From IMG/VR virus record IMGVR_UViG_3300044630_003601, positions 1,101 through 65,100 of that record: a stretch of 64,000 bases of DNA; one strand, given 5' to 3'. Position numbers and translations under genes: made by a program. Below the pieces are notes generated by a model, which worked only from the letters and a program-made list of their open reading frames with translations, searched no databases and was not told the origin of the DNA. This stretch comes from a virus (lineage: Duplodnaviria > Caudoviricetes). Of the stretch, positions 18,813 through 29,608 are shown piece by piece. The first letter of the stretch is position 1, and each line of letters begins with the position of its first letter.

Positions 18813-21800
18813 ATGATAATAAATACTCCTTTTAGTGGAAAGCTAAACTTAGATGATGCTGATTATAGAATTAGTAATAATGACTATACTGATGCATTAA
18901 ATGTCACAAAAGATGCCCAAGGTCTTGGTGCCGATAAAGTAGTATCTAATATACAAGGAAATACTTTAATACCATATGCGGCTCCTTCCGGTACAAATAA
19001 AGTAATAGGATTTTACTCTGATAAGGTTAGAAATAGAGCCTATTATTTTTTATGGAATAGTAACGGATTCAATACTATTCTTTATTATGATTTAAATTCA
19101 AACAAAATAAATGTTGTTTTGCAAAGTAAAACGCAAAGTAACGGAATTGATATTTTAAATTTTAACCCATCTTACAAAGTATTATCAATAAATATATTTT
19201 ATAGAGATCTAGAAGGTGACATTTTATTTTTTAATGATGCGTATAATCCACCAAAAAGTTTAAATGTAATTAACTTATACGGGAATAGTTGGAAGTTAGA
19301 ATATTTGTTAGTCGCAAAAGCTCCTCCAGTAATGCCTCCAAAAGTAGTTTATGAAAATGATACTACTATTACTATCAATAATTTAAGAAACAAATTGTTT
19401 CAATTCTCGTACAGATATGTTTATGATAACAATGAAAAGTCTGTATGGAGTTCAAAAAGTATAGTTCCATTACCTCAACAGCCATCTTTAACACTTACTG
19501 ATAATACAGCATCAAATAACGCGAGGATAGCTGTATTGTTTTCAACTGGCGGATCGGACGTAAAAGCGGTAGAGCTTTGTTTTAGAGAAACTACAAATGG
19601 TTTAACTAGCGATTGGTTTTTAATAGAATCATTTGATGTTTCAAATATTGATAATGACATATATATTACAAAGTTTTTTAACGACTCTATTTATACTCAA
19701 TTAGATGTTATAGAAACGGGGCAATTACAAGATTGGGTTCCTCAAAGAGCTAATGCGGGCGAGTTAGCTAATGGAAATGTTTTATTATATGCTGGTATTG
19801 TTGAAGGTTATGATAAAACAACAATGGATTTGAGTGTTGATTTGACTACAGACGCATATACTTATTTTTATGATCAAGCTGGGTTATTGCTACTTGCTAC
19901 AGTAAATGGAAACGATAGCGGCTCTGGTACGCAAATGAGTATATACCTTTATGGTACTGGTACAAACACAAACGGAGAAGTTACAACACTAAATAATTCT
20001 GCGGGTACATATTATATTAATTCGTTTTCAGCAAGTGGTACAAATTTAAGTACTTTTTATACAGCTAATTCATCTAATTCAAATAGTGTTAATAGTATTT
20101 TAAGTGGTATTTCCGCTGCTATGGTATTAAAAGGTTATAATCAAGTATCATTAGATGGAAATAAGTTGGTAATGAACTATTCAAGTGGTTTTGTTTTGAC
20201 GTCTGTTGGGTTTAAAATATTTACTTTATTGAGTAGTGAAGCTACTCGTTTTGCGAATGTATGGGATTCTGGTTATCAATATGCAATTCAATATTTTGAT
20301 GCACAAGGAAGAACAATAGGTGCGCAAACGTCAACTGACGGAACTATTAACACCCCAAGTTTTACAAATTTGCCATCGGATGAACCTCTTGTAAATTATC
20401 CTCAAATAAGTTTAAGTATACTTAACAGACCCCCGCTATATGCTACATATTATCAAGTTTTAAGATCAAATAATACTACTTATAATAAAAGATTATGTTG
20501 GGTAAGTGAATCGGCTTATTCTGGGATAACTAATAATATAGATAACTCAAGATATTTTTATATTGGTATCGGGAATATATCAGCATACAATGAGGCTATA
20601 AGTTCAACACAAAATGTTGTTTCTTATAACTACACTGAAGGAGATAGAATTAGATTTATTGCTAGATATAATGTTAGCAATGAAATAGTTTATTTGCCTC
20701 AATATGACTATGAAATAGTTGGTACAGTTGCTTCATTTGAGTATAACATTGAATGGCCTATACCTGTAGCTACAGATAATAATACATATACAGCTAATGG
20801 TAATTTTTTAAAAATAAGATATCCAGATGATGATATAAGTGCTGATTTTCAATTTCCGGGTACTGCTGATTTTCAGCATTATGAAATACTTGTGTACAAT
20901 TATTCAACTAATACAGATTCAACACAAAGGTTTTTTTATGAATTTGGTAAAGAATACGGTATTGGAAGTCCGGGAACAGCTAATAGGTATCATTTTGGTA
21001 TGTCGCAGTTGCCAAATGGTGGCGCTGTAATACCAGTCACAAATGGTGATTTATTTTATAGACTTAGAACAGTTCCATTTTCAGATCGTTTTAATTTCAA
21101 TTCTAGTTCATTTGATTTAGGTACTAATAATCCTAATGAAACAAGATCAGAATCATTCCCTATTACTATATCAAGAACAATAGATAATGTTGCTTATACA
21201 ATACAATCTCAGACAAGTATCCCTGTTGATATATCTGGCTCTGGGACACCTATTTGGTCAACTAGTGGTTATTTCTTTTATAATAAATCAACTACAATTG
21301 AAAGAATATTGTCAATAAAAGGCACATTAAGATTTTTGACAACTGGTAATTCTACTTTTTCACTTTACGCATTAATTTTAACAAATTTAGTTCCTTTTGA
21401 TCCAAAATATACAATTTCATTATTGCCTATAGAAATTAATTCTCTTAATTCAACTACAAATAATTTTAGTGTAACTTTTGATATTGATAAAAGATTTTCA
21501 GTTCCTCCAACAGGTAAGGTTTGGTTAGTCGCTAGTTCTACAAATGATAATGTTGGAAGTAATAATGTTATTATTCAACCAATGAATTTTGATTTTGATG
21601 TAATTAAAGATAAAACAATTGGTATAATTGAATCAAGTTTTAATGATACATACAATTTAATTACAAACAGTAATGGCAGGCCTTCTGTTATTGATGCAAA
21701 TGCAAGACAAACATATTTCCCTACTGTAATAAGATTTGGTCAAGCGTATCAGCAAAATACCAACTTAAATGCTACTAATAGATTTTTTTATGATGATTTT

Positions 21801-22952
21801 GATGAATATGATAGAACATTTGGTGATGTATTAAGATTGCATGTTAGAGATAGATATTTAAAGGTTTATCAACAATTTAAAGTAGGTACTGTGCCTATTT
21901 TAACTCAAATTGTAAAAGATGTTACTGGCAACCCTTTACAAGCTAATAGCAACCAATTAATTAACAAAATACAATATTACGCAGGTGATTATGGTATTGG
22001 GGATGCCGCAACTAGTCTTGCATGGAATAACTTTGCAGATTATTTTGTAGATAATTATAGGGGTGTGGTTTGTAGATTAAGTCAAAATGGGATTGAGCCA
22101 CTTAGTATTCTTTATAAAACTAATGCTTTCTTTGTTGCTAAAACGGCAGCTTATAGAAAAGATTTAAATAATGGAGTTAACGAAGCTGGAGTTTATACTG
22201 GCGATCCTTGTATTTATGGTGTATTTGACGCAAATACAAATAAGTATATTATTGCTATGGAAGAGATTAATAGATATTCTGCTTGTAACTTTAATGGAGG
22301 TACTGCAAGAGCTATTGCTAATGCTACTTTTGTGGCATCATATAGCATGACAAGTGCTAACACTGTTTGTAATAATTGTAACGGGGTACACCCGCTAGAG
22401 GTATTTACTATTACAGCCCCAGCCTATGCTACTACATTATGTACCGCACAAGTATTAACAAGTCCTTTAATTTCAGATGGAACTATAACGGGTGAGGTTT
22501 GGATAAGTACTTGCGATGGAATTAGTAGGCAATTTGGGGCGGGTCTTGGTCCGGATGGTACAAATATAGCAGTATATCAAGCTAATTGTCAAGCTTGTCC
22601 GACCACTACAACTACTACTACAACTGCTGCACCTACTACGACAACTACAACTGCTGCACCTACAACAACAACAACCACAGCAGCTCCTACATATTATACA
22701 TTGTTGGGACCTGTAGGATTATTTAGCACATCTAATAATGCTTGTTTAGGTTATAATAGTGGTAGAAGTTATCAAAGTAATGTAAACTTTATGCAGTCAG
22801 GTGTAACTTATATTTATGATTCAACATCACCTACAGTAGTACCTTTAGATACAGGAGGACAATGGAAATCATTAGTTTTTGTAGCCACATCTACAACATA
22901 CGCTGTAATTACTGATTCTAATGGTTTAGTAAGTAATTATACTTCATGCTAA
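18813..22952 (+). CDS. tail muzzle/stabilisation (P22 gp10-like) protein with appended Cys mini-domains and Thr stalk
   Basis: F.GKLNLDD....I...DY.DALNV start; FQFSYRYVY..NE.S.WS; YAGDYGI; YFVD..RG.V.RLS.NG..P.S; C-terminal TTTTTAAP x3. Confidence 0.7.
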   Translation: MIINTPFSGKLNLDDADYRISNNDYTDALNVTKDAQGLGADKVVSNIQGNTLIPYAAPSGTNKVIGFYSDKVRNRAYYFLWNSNGFNTILYYDLNSNKINVVLQSKTQSNGIDILNFNPSYKVLSINIFYRDLEGDILFFNDAYNPPKSLNVINLYGNSWKLEYLLVAKAPPVMPPKVVYENDTTITINNLRNKLFQFSYRYVYDNNEKSVWSSKSIVPLPQQPSLTLTDNTASNNARIAVLFSTGGSDVKAVELCFRETTNGLTSDWFLIESFDVSNIDNDIYITKFFNDSIYTQLDVIETGQLQDWVPQRANAGELANGNVLLYAGIVEGYDKTTMDLSVDLTTDAYTYFYDQAGLLLLATVNGNDSGSGTQMSIYLYGTGTNTNGEVTTLNNSAGTYYINSFSASGTNLSTFYTANSSNSNSVNSILSGISAAMVLKGYNQVSLDGNKLVMNYSSGFVLTSVGFKIFTLLSSEATRFANVWDSGYQYAIQYFDAQGRTIGAQTSTDGTINTPSFTNLPSDEPLVNYPQISLSILNRPPLYATYYQVLRSNNTTYNKRLCWVSESAYSGITNNIDNSRYFYIGIGNISAYNEAISSTQNVVSYNYTEGDRIRFIARYNVSNEIVYLPQYDYEIVGTVASFEYNIEWPIPVATDNNTYTANGNFLKIRYPDDDISADFQFPGTADFQHYEILVYNYSTNTDSTQRFFYEFGKEYGIGSPGTANRYHFGMSQLPNGGAVIPVTNGDLFYRLRTVPFSDRFNFNSSSFDLGTNNPNETRSESFPITISRTIDNVAYTIQSQTSIPVDISGSGTPIWSTSGYFFYNKSTTIERILSIKGTLRFLTTGNSTFSLYALILTNLVPFDPKYTISLLPIEINSLNSTTNNFSVTFDIDKRFSVPPTGKVWLVASSTNDNVGSNNVIIQPMNFDFDVIKDKTIGIIESSFNDTYNLITNSNGRPSVIDANARQTYFPTVIRFGQAYQQNTNLNATNRFFYDDFDEYDRTFGDVLRLHVRDRYLKVYQQFKVGTVPILTQIVKDVTGNPLQANSNQLINKIQYYAGDYGIGDAATSLAWNNFADYFVDNYRGVVCRLSQNGIEPLSILYKTNAFFVAKTAAYRKDLNNGVNEAGVYTGDPCIYGVFDANTNKYIIAMEEINRYSACNFNGGTARAIANATFVASYSMTSANTVCNNCNGVHPLEVFTITAPAYATTLCTAQVLTSPLISDGTITGEVWISTCDGISRQFGAGLGPDGTNIAVYQANCQACPTTTTTTTTAAPTTTTTTAAPTTTTTTAAPTYYTLLGPVGLFSTSNNACLGYNSGRSYQSNVNFMQSGVTYIYDSTSPTVVPLDTGGQWKSLVFVATSTTYAVITDSNGLVSNYTSC

Positions 22953-22976
22953 TTAATTTAAAATTATAAAAAAATT

Positions 22977-23522
22977 ATGTATATACTAGTTACATTAAAC
23001 CCGAATCAAGGTGTAGATTTAGGCCCAAATTTTGCATTAACTGCCAATGTTGGAAGCTTATCTCCTGCAACAGCTACATTAACTCAATTATTATCGGGTG
23101 TAACAGTTCGTGCTGATGACGGGGTTAGTTCAATTGTTATAACTTCGCAAGGAATATGTACTAATTCAATAACGCTTTTTGTATTGCCGCCTGCCACTAC
23201 AACTACAACTACCGCAGCACCTACAACTACAACCACTACATCTAATATAACAACTACAACTACAACTGCAGCGCCTATTTTATGTTTTAACTATTTTGTT
23301 TATGCTGATGATGGCACATCAAATAAAAATTCTTATTCTTACTCATATATTAATTGTGCGGGGGTTACTTTGTTTGGCGCACGCACAAATGGCGGTGCGG
23401 GAACTACAATATGTGCGCAAGAAGGTACAGTTACTTCTGAATCTGGTTATATTTTTGCAGATGAGGGGGCTTCTTGTAATCCGACTACAACAACCACAAC
23501 TACAACTACAACCGCACCATAA
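22977..23522 (+). CDS. putative surface protein with two Thr stalks and a Cys mini-domain
   Basis: Beta domain / T-runs / CFNY...Y.NC.G...IC....C / T10. Confidence 0.6.
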   Translation: MYILVTLNPNQGVDLGPNFALTANVGSLSPATATLTQLLSGVTVRADDGVSSIVITSQGICTNSITLFVLPPATTTTTTAAPTTTTTTSNITTTTTTAAPILCFNYFVYADDGTSNKNSYSYSYINCAGVTLFGARTNGGAGTTICAQEGTVTSESGYIFADEGASCNPTTTTTTTTTTAP

Positions 23523-23534
23523 AATAAATAAAAA

Positions 23535-24083
23535 ATGGCATTAATATTTCACCAAGATCCTTATACAATATCATTTGACGAAAATGCTAATGCATTTGAG
23601 GCTTTTTATTCGTATTTCCCTGAATTTATGGGTGTAGTAAATGTTACCATGTTTACCTTTAAAAATGGTCAAATTTGGAAGCATGGGACAGTCCCTTTCT
23701 GTAATTTCTATGGCGTTCAATATAATGCCTCAATAACTAGCGTATTTAACTCAAATTCATTGGATAAAAAGACATGGATTTCGGTTATGGAAACAGGCAA
23801 TACCACATGGGCTTGTCCGGTCATATATACTCAAATGGATACAGGCGGAAGTACAGTCGTAAAGCAAACAAGTCAGCTTTTAGAGTCTGATTTTGTGTCT
23901 TTGGAGTCTGAATACCAAGCATCGTTTTTAAGGGATTCTAACAGTCCGGGAGGGCTGATAGAGGGGGATAGCTTGAAGGGTAATTATATGGTTATAAAAT
24001 TTGAGAAAGCAAGTGCAAATTCTTTCGTATATTTGAACAGCGCAACGACTAAGTATATTAATTCACCATTGAATAATAGATAA
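23535..24083 (+). CDS. separate C-terminal part of the muzzle/stabilisation protein
   Basis: YTISFDE..N.F..FYSY.PE...MFTFKNGQIWKH...NFYGVQY...GD.LKGNY resembles the usual C-terminus of this family. Confidence 0.6.
   Translation: MALIFHQDPYTISFDENANAFEAFYSYFPEFMGVVNVTMFTFKNGQIWKHGTVPFCNFYGVQYNASITSVFNSNSLDKKTWISVMETGNTTWACPVIYTQMDTGGSTVVKQTSQLLESDFVSLESEYQASFLRDSNSPGGLIEGDSLKGNYMVIKFEKASANSFVYLNSATTKYINSPLNNR
24028..24035 (+). promoter_or_regulatory. -7 box TATATTTG embedded in a CDS, upstream of the ejection module
   Basis: TTTCGTATATTTG about 48 nt before ATG 24083. Confidence 0.55.
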
Positions 24084-24580
24084 TGATTATTAGGGAAAAT
24101 GATGAGATTGTAGATAATATTGAAGCTGCAATAATGCAATTCCCTGATGAATTAATAGAAGGCCCGTTAGTTCATAAATTTACAGAAGGAATGTATATAA
24201 GAGAAATCTTCATGCCTGCTGGATCTTTATGGACAAGTAAGATACATAAAACAGAACATCCATATGTTGTTTCTTATGGAAAAGCTGCTGTATCTATTGA
24301 TGCGCAAGAATGGTACGAAATAATAGCTCCTTATACTGGTATCACAAAGCCGGGAACAAGAAGAGTTTTATATATATTGGAAGATTGTATTTGGACTACA
24401 TTTCACAGAATAGATGGAATGAAATCTGAATATAACGATTTAAGTGAAGAAGAAATAGAGAAGATAGTTGAATCAATAGAAGATAAAATATTAGAACCAC
24501 ATATTAATCAGATTACTGGTACAGATGTTGGTAAAGAATATAAAGAAATTTTGAATAACATTAAAAATTTGGAATTATGA
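24083..24580 (+). CDS. cupin-like protein preceding the ejection proteins
   Basis: H.F.EG.Y.REI..PAG...TSKIHKTEH...PGTRR......W.T.H. Confidence 0.7.
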   Translation: MIIRENDEIVDNIEAAIMQFPDELIEGPLVHKFTEGMYIREIFMPAGSLWTSKIHKTEHPYVVSYGKAAVSIDAQEWYEIIAPYTGITKPGTRRVLYILEDCIWTTFHRIDGMKSEYNDLSEEEIEKIVESIEDKILEPHINQITGTDVGKEYKEILNNIKNLEL

Positions 24581-25278
24581 GTTTTGCAGTATTAGGCGTT
24601 GGAGGTGGCATAGCCGCAATAACAGCAGTTACTGGCGCTACAATAGGTGGCATATCAGCTGGAAAATCTAATAGGAGAAGAAAAGCTCGCGAAAGAGAAT
24701 TAGATCAATTAGCTCAAGAAAGTCCTTTGTATGCTGGTAGTAAGCCAATTAGTGAATACTATCAACAAGCATTAAATAGATATAACGAAAATCCATATCA
24801 ATCGCAGCAGTATCAATTGGGAGCCATGAACGCCAGAAGAGCAACAGCTCAAAGCCTAGGTGCATTGCAAGACAGAAGGTCAGCAATAGGTGGGGTTACT
24901 AGATTAGAAGGTATTCAAAATGCAGCTATGCAAAATTTAGGCGCACAAGCGGAAGCTCAAAGAAATGCAAGATTCGGACAATTAGGATCAGCAACCCAAA
25001 TGAAAAATGCAGATTTAATGCAACAATTTGATATTAATAAAATGACTCCTTATAATCGTAAATTTGGATTAGGCCAATTAAAATCACAAGCAGCTAATCA
25101 ACAGTATGCTCAAGATATGCAAAATACATTTAGTTCTTTAAATAATTTGGCTTCTTTGGGTATGGTGTATGGGGGAGGTTTCGGAGGCGGTCAAGCAGCT
25201 GGCATTCCTTTAACAAATCAAGCTGGATTTGATTCATTCATGGCGAGTAGGGGGGCGGCACCTAGACCAAAATTATAA
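24577..25278 (+). CDS. putative DNA ejection/pilot protein
   Basis: Gly/Ala hydrophobic N-terminus followed by a basic patch and Gln/Ala coiled coil (P22 gp7/T7 gp14-like layout). Confidence 0.65.
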   Translation: MSFAVLGVGGGIAAITAVTGATIGGISAGKSNRRRKARERELDQLAQESPLYAGSKPISEYYQQALNRYNENPYQSQQYQLGAMNARRATAQSLGALQDRRSAIGGVTRLEGIQNAAMQNLGAQAEAQRNARFGQLGSATQMKNADLMQQFDINKMTPYNRKFGLGQLKSQAANQQYAQDMQNTFSSLNNLASLGMVYGGGFGGGQAAGIPLTNQAGFDSFMASRGAAPRPKL

Positions 25279-25294
25279 TATCAAAATCTAAAAA

Positions 25295-26662
25295 ATGGCA
25301 GCTACAGGATTATTAGGAATAAACCCATATTTTAAAGGTGTAAGCTTAGATACATCTAAGCCGGTTAATTTAGCTATTCAGCTTGAGCAAAAAAATCAAG
25401 CTAAAAAAGAAGCGTTAGATAAATATTTTATGGATTATGAGAAATCAATTAATCCAGCAGGTATGCGTTCTCAAGATCAAGATATTGTATTAAAGAAGCT
25501 GAATGAAAATAAACAGTTCTATATGCAAAATAGAGATCGCATATTGAATCCTTCTAAATATGGAGCAGAAGCTCAATCTAGATATATGGCTGGATTTAAA
25601 GATATTTTATCTGATATATCTAAATCAAAACAAGCATCCGCTGAAGATAAAGTATTACAAAATACTTACAGTAGAATAAAAACACAAGGATTAGAAATAC
25701 CAGATGGCTTTATGGAGGCAATACAAGAAAGCCAAAAGCCGATTTACGCAGGTTACAAGCCTGTAGATTTATTTAAATTTGATTTTAATAAACCATACAA
25801 CGAAACGGAATTCACTAAAAATGTTTGGAGTGGATTAACATTACCTACAAAAGAAGTTCCGACAACATTGCCAAATGGCAAAGTTCAGTATGCAAAAATA
25901 TCTTATTTAACTCCAGATATTGCACAAGCTGTTGCTTTAAATGCAATAAACGAATACAAAACAAAACCGGGAAGTACAAAGAATTTTAATAATTTAATGA
26001 AGGATGCTAATATATTTAGTGCTGCTGAAAAGGAATTTGGTGAAGCATTTAAATATACAGATCCTAAAACGAAGAAGATAGTAAAACCAAGAATAGAAAG
26101 CCCAGAACAATTTGTTGCTGGTTATGCTCTATTGAAGAAACCTACAGGAGAAATTTCAAGAGGAAAAGAAGATTTTGATTGGTTGACTAGGTTTAGAATG
26201 ACACAAAATGCAATTAATGCAAGGGCTGGCGCACAGGCGGTTAGGATGGAAAATATATTTGATAAGACAGGTAGTGGTGGAGTGCCTTTAAAAATAGGCA
26301 GTGATTACGAGATAGTAGCTGGTAAGGTTTTAGATAAAGATGGCAACCTTGCTACGGTAAACTTTAAAGATATTTCAGGAGAAAAATTGCCACCTGATTT
26401 ATTTAGTGTTTTAGAAAAATACGGTATTGATTTAAGAAAGAAGGATAAATATAAAATGGTTGCTAAAGACGGTAAAATACAAAGCATAACAGATTCAAAA
26501 GGAAATGTTATAACTAGACAAACTATAATGAGCGCTCAAAAGAAATTTGATACTGAAAGAAAAGGAGAAGAGCCATTATTTTATGAGGAAGTTGATGAAG
26601 TATCAGTGCCTAAAGTAGAAACATTAGCTGAAAGAATGAGAAGAAATAAAAATAAAAAATAA
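25295..26662 (+). CDS. putative internal virion/ejection protein
   Basis: Position and helical Lys-rich composition. Confidence 0.55.
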   Translation: MAATGLLGINPYFKGVSLDTSKPVNLAIQLEQKNQAKKEALDKYFMDYEKSINPAGMRSQDQDIVLKKLNENKQFYMQNRDRILNPSKYGAEAQSRYMAGFKDILSDISKSKQASAEDKVLQNTYSRIKTQGLEIPDGFMEAIQESQKPIYAGYKPVDLFKFDFNKPYNETEFTKNVWSGLTLPTKEVPTTLPNGKVQYAKISYLTPDIAQAVALNAINEYKTKPGSTKNFNNLMKDANIFSAAEKEFGEAFKYTDPKTKKIVKPRIESPEQFVAGYALLKKPTGEISRGKEDFDWLTRFRMTQNAINARAGAQAVRMENIFDKTGSGGVPLKIGSDYEIVAGKVLDKDGNLATVNFKDISGEKLPPDLFSVLEKYGIDLRKKDKYKMVAKDGKIQSITDSKGNVITRQTIMSAQKKFDTERKGEEPLFYEEVDEVSVPKVETLAERMRRNKNKK

Positions 26663-26665
26663 CAA

Positions 26666-29608
26666 ATGGACGAAAAGCAATTACAATTTTTATATAACGA
26701 ATACGCAAAGGGTAAGGGTTTTAAAGATTACTCTGATTTTAAAGGATTGATGTCCTCTGAAGGCAGCAGAAAATTGTTTTTTGATGATGCTAATAAAGAA
26801 CTTGGCTTTAAAGACTACAACGAGTTTAATGATTTACTTGGCTTAAAAAAAAAAGTTGGTGGCGAAGTATCTTCCCCTACAAAATCACAATTGGTATTAC
26901 CAGACTTTGAGAAAGGTAAAGCTTTTGCTGAAAAAGGTTTTTTAATGCAAGCGGAGGGTACAAAGACTCCGAAAAAACAAAAGATATTAATTGAACCTTC
27001 TTTATCATTATTAGGTGCGCCAAAAGTAAAAGTAATAGAAGAAGGTGATGAAACTTCTATTTTGGCTGATTTTACATCTTCTGCTATAAAAGGACAAATA
27101 CAAGGTAAAGTTGCAAATATATTATCAGCTGGTAAAAGACCAACTCCAGAAGAATTAGGTGAAATAGCTCAATTGCAATCTGATTTACAATTGTTACCTC
27201 AATCAAAATCAGAGAAAGCATATCAAGAAAAAGGATTAAAGGGATTATTTACAGATAGTCCGGGATTAGGCGTTCAGTTTATTGCTGAAACGATGGCTAG
27301 TTCATTATCATCATTATTTGAAGCAAGTAAAAGAACAGTTCCTACTGCTGTAGCAATGGGTGCTGCTGCTGGTGCGCCATTCGCGGGTATTGGTGCTTTA
27401 GTAGGCGCGGGTACTGGTTTATTAGCTGGACAATCAGCTGCTGGGTATAACATATCTACTTCTCAAGACATTTTAAGTTCATTATCTGAAAATGGAGTTG
27501 ATATATCAAATAAAGAAAGTTTAATTAATGCATTTTCGGATGAAGCAAAAATGGCTAAAATAAGAAATACTGCCGTTAAGTATGGCGTACCTATTTTAGT
27601 TTTTGATGCATTGACCGCAGGGCTAGCAGGTAAGTTAGCAGCTGGTGCGGTTGGTAAAAGTTTAGGTAAAAAATTATTAGCGGGTCTTGGTGAAACGGGG
27701 CTGCAAATAACTGGAGGTAGTGGGGGTGAATTAACAGCTCAAATTGCTTCAGGTAAAAAAGTAAATTGGGATGAAATAATTATAGAAGGTCTTGCAGAAG
27801 TACCGGGTGGCGTTACGGAAGTTGCTACTGGAGTTGCAATGGAAAGATCAAAAACATCTTCTAATAATAAAACATTAGCTACTCAAATTGCAACACAAGG
27901 TGTTCAGAATGGAACGGAAGATGCTATCATCAATTTAAACAGAGATTTGGCCAATAATGTTATTACTCCAGAACAGCACCAAGAAGGTATTATTTTTGCA
28001 GAAAAAGCAGCACAAGTATCAGATAAAATACCTGAAACAGTAACTGGAGAAAGTAGAGTTAAATCAATTGAATTATTAGTTGAAAGAAATGATATAAAGC
28101 AAGCCAATCAAGATTTGCTTCAGCAAAAACAAACAACAGACGAGGCTTATCATGCAGGTATTGATGAAGAAATAAAAGCCAACGAAGAAAAAATTAAAAA
28201 ATTAGATGCAGAGGTATATAATATTGCAAAAACCCCATTAAAAGAGGTTGGAACTAAAAAGTATATAGTAGATGGGAAAGAGATAACCCAAGAAGAATTT
28301 GAAGGATTGCAAGGTAAACCTACAGGTACAAAGCGAGTTGTAAGAGCAATTGACGAATATGATGCCCTTGATGCTATGACACCTGAAGAAAGTCAGAAGT
28401 TAGCAGATCTAACAGCGCAAGGTAAATCGGAAGAAGCCTCTAAAATGTTAGCAGAAAAATTAGACCAATTAAAAGCAGAAGTTAAGACTACTGAAGTTGA
28501 AGTGGCTGAAGGAGTTGAACCAACTGAAGTAAAAGAAACGCCTAAAGAAGAAAAAAAATTAGGCAAATCACTTATTAGTGAAGAACCTGCTCAAGGCAAA
28601 GGAGTTGTAATTGCAACAGAAACTGGTTTAACAGAGCAAGAAAGATTAGATAAGATAGCAGAAAGAGAAAAACAAACAAAAATTAGTGATAAGGTAAATA
28701 CAGAAAATGCTTTAGTTCAAGAAACAAAATTATTTTATGAAAAAAATAAAAGACAAAGAAGCAGTTCTGAAGGTTTAAGAAAATTAAATGAATTAAGAAC
28801 AAGGGCTAGAGAACTTGGTCTTGAAATTGATGATGCCTCTGAGTCTGTTGTTAGGAAAAAAGGGTCAAGAAAAACTAAAATTAAATATAATTCAAAAGCA
28901 GATGCTGATTCTGTTATAGACAAAAGTGGTAAAACTATTTACGAAAGGCGAAAGGATGTTCAAGATGTATTTAAAACGCTAAACGATAATAAAAATTTTT
29001 TAGATTTTAAAACAGATTTAGGCGTTAGAATGAGCGATACACAACTTGATGCAACTATACAAGATATTTTAGACGGAGTACCTAGTAAAAGAGCTAATCG
29101 TTATCTTGATGAAATTCAAAAGGCTATAGATAATGATGCTTTTGGGTTAAAAGATATGGGTAACAATGCTTTAACTTTAGAACAAATAATGGAATCTGAC
29201 AGGGATATTAATAAAATAGAAAAAGAATTGGTTGGGGAGCCTATGGATGAAAAGGCGTTAGAGGCTTGGCTTAATGATCAGTCTAATTTAACCCCAGAAG
29301 AAGAGGCTATAATGATTGATGATTTTGAAAATTTATTAAATGAATATGAATATGAAAACGAAACAAGACCTGAAGCAGAGGTACCAAGAGTTAAGCCAGC
29401 CCCAGAAGAAAGAGTTGTTGCAAAGGCTGAACCGACTGAAATCAATAAGAAAACAACCTCTATTGAATCAAAAAAAGAAGTAACTTTACAAGACATTTAC
29501 GAGGCATTGCCAAAGTCAGAAAAACTGAAAAATAAGCAAGTTGAAGAAATGGTAGATAAAAATTTTGATAGTATTATCAAGCAACTAGAAAAATATAAAA
29601 TATGTTAG
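26666..29608 (+). CDS. large internal virion/ejection protein with membrane-inserting segments
   Basis: AVAMGAAAGAPFAGIGALVGAGTGLLAG and LVFDALTAGLAGKL hydrophobic stretches; Glu/Lys-rich C-terminal half. Confidence 0.65.
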   Translation: MDEKQLQFLYNEYAKGKGFKDYSDFKGLMSSEGSRKLFFDDANKELGFKDYNEFNDLLGLKKKVGGEVSSPTKSQLVLPDFEKGKAFAEKGFLMQAEGTKTPKKQKILIEPSLSLLGAPKVKVIEEGDETSILADFTSSAIKGQIQGKVANILSAGKRPTPEELGEIAQLQSDLQLLPQSKSEKAYQEKGLKGLFTDSPGLGVQFIAETMASSLSSLFEASKRTVPTAVAMGAAAGAPFAGIGALVGAGTGLLAGQSAAGYNISTSQDILSSLSENGVDISNKESLINAFSDEAKMAKIRNTAVKYGVPILVFDALTAGLAGKLAAGAVGKSLGKKLLAGLGETGLQITGGSGGELTAQIASGKKVNWDEIIIEGLAEVPGGVTEVATGVAMERSKTSSNNKTLATQIATQGVQNGTEDAIINLNRDLANNVITPEQHQEGIIFAEKAAQVSDKIPETVTGESRVKSIELLVERNDIKQANQDLLQQKQTTDEAYHAGIDEEIKANEEKIKKLDAEVYNIAKTPLKEVGTKKYIVDGKEITQEEFEGLQGKPTGTKRVVRAIDEYDALDAMTPEESQKLADLTAQGKSEEASKMLAEKLDQLKAEVKTTEVEVAEGVEPTEVKETPKEEKKLGKSLISEEPAQGKGVVIATETGLTEQERLDKIAEREKQTKISDKVNTENALVQETKLFYEKNKRQRSSSEGLRKLNELRTRARELGLEIDDASESVVRKKGSRKTKIKYNSKADADSVIDKSGKTIYERRKDVQDVFKTLNDNKNFLDFKTDLGVRMSDTQLDATIQDILDGVPSKRANRYLDEIQKAIDNDAFGLKDMGNNALTLEQIMESDRDINKIEKELVGEPMDEKALEAWLNDQSNLTPEEEAIMIDDFENLLNEYEYENETRPEAEVPRVKPAPEERVVAKAEPTEINKKTTSIESKKEVTLQDIYEALPKSEKLKNKQVEEMVDKNFDSIIKQLEKYKIC

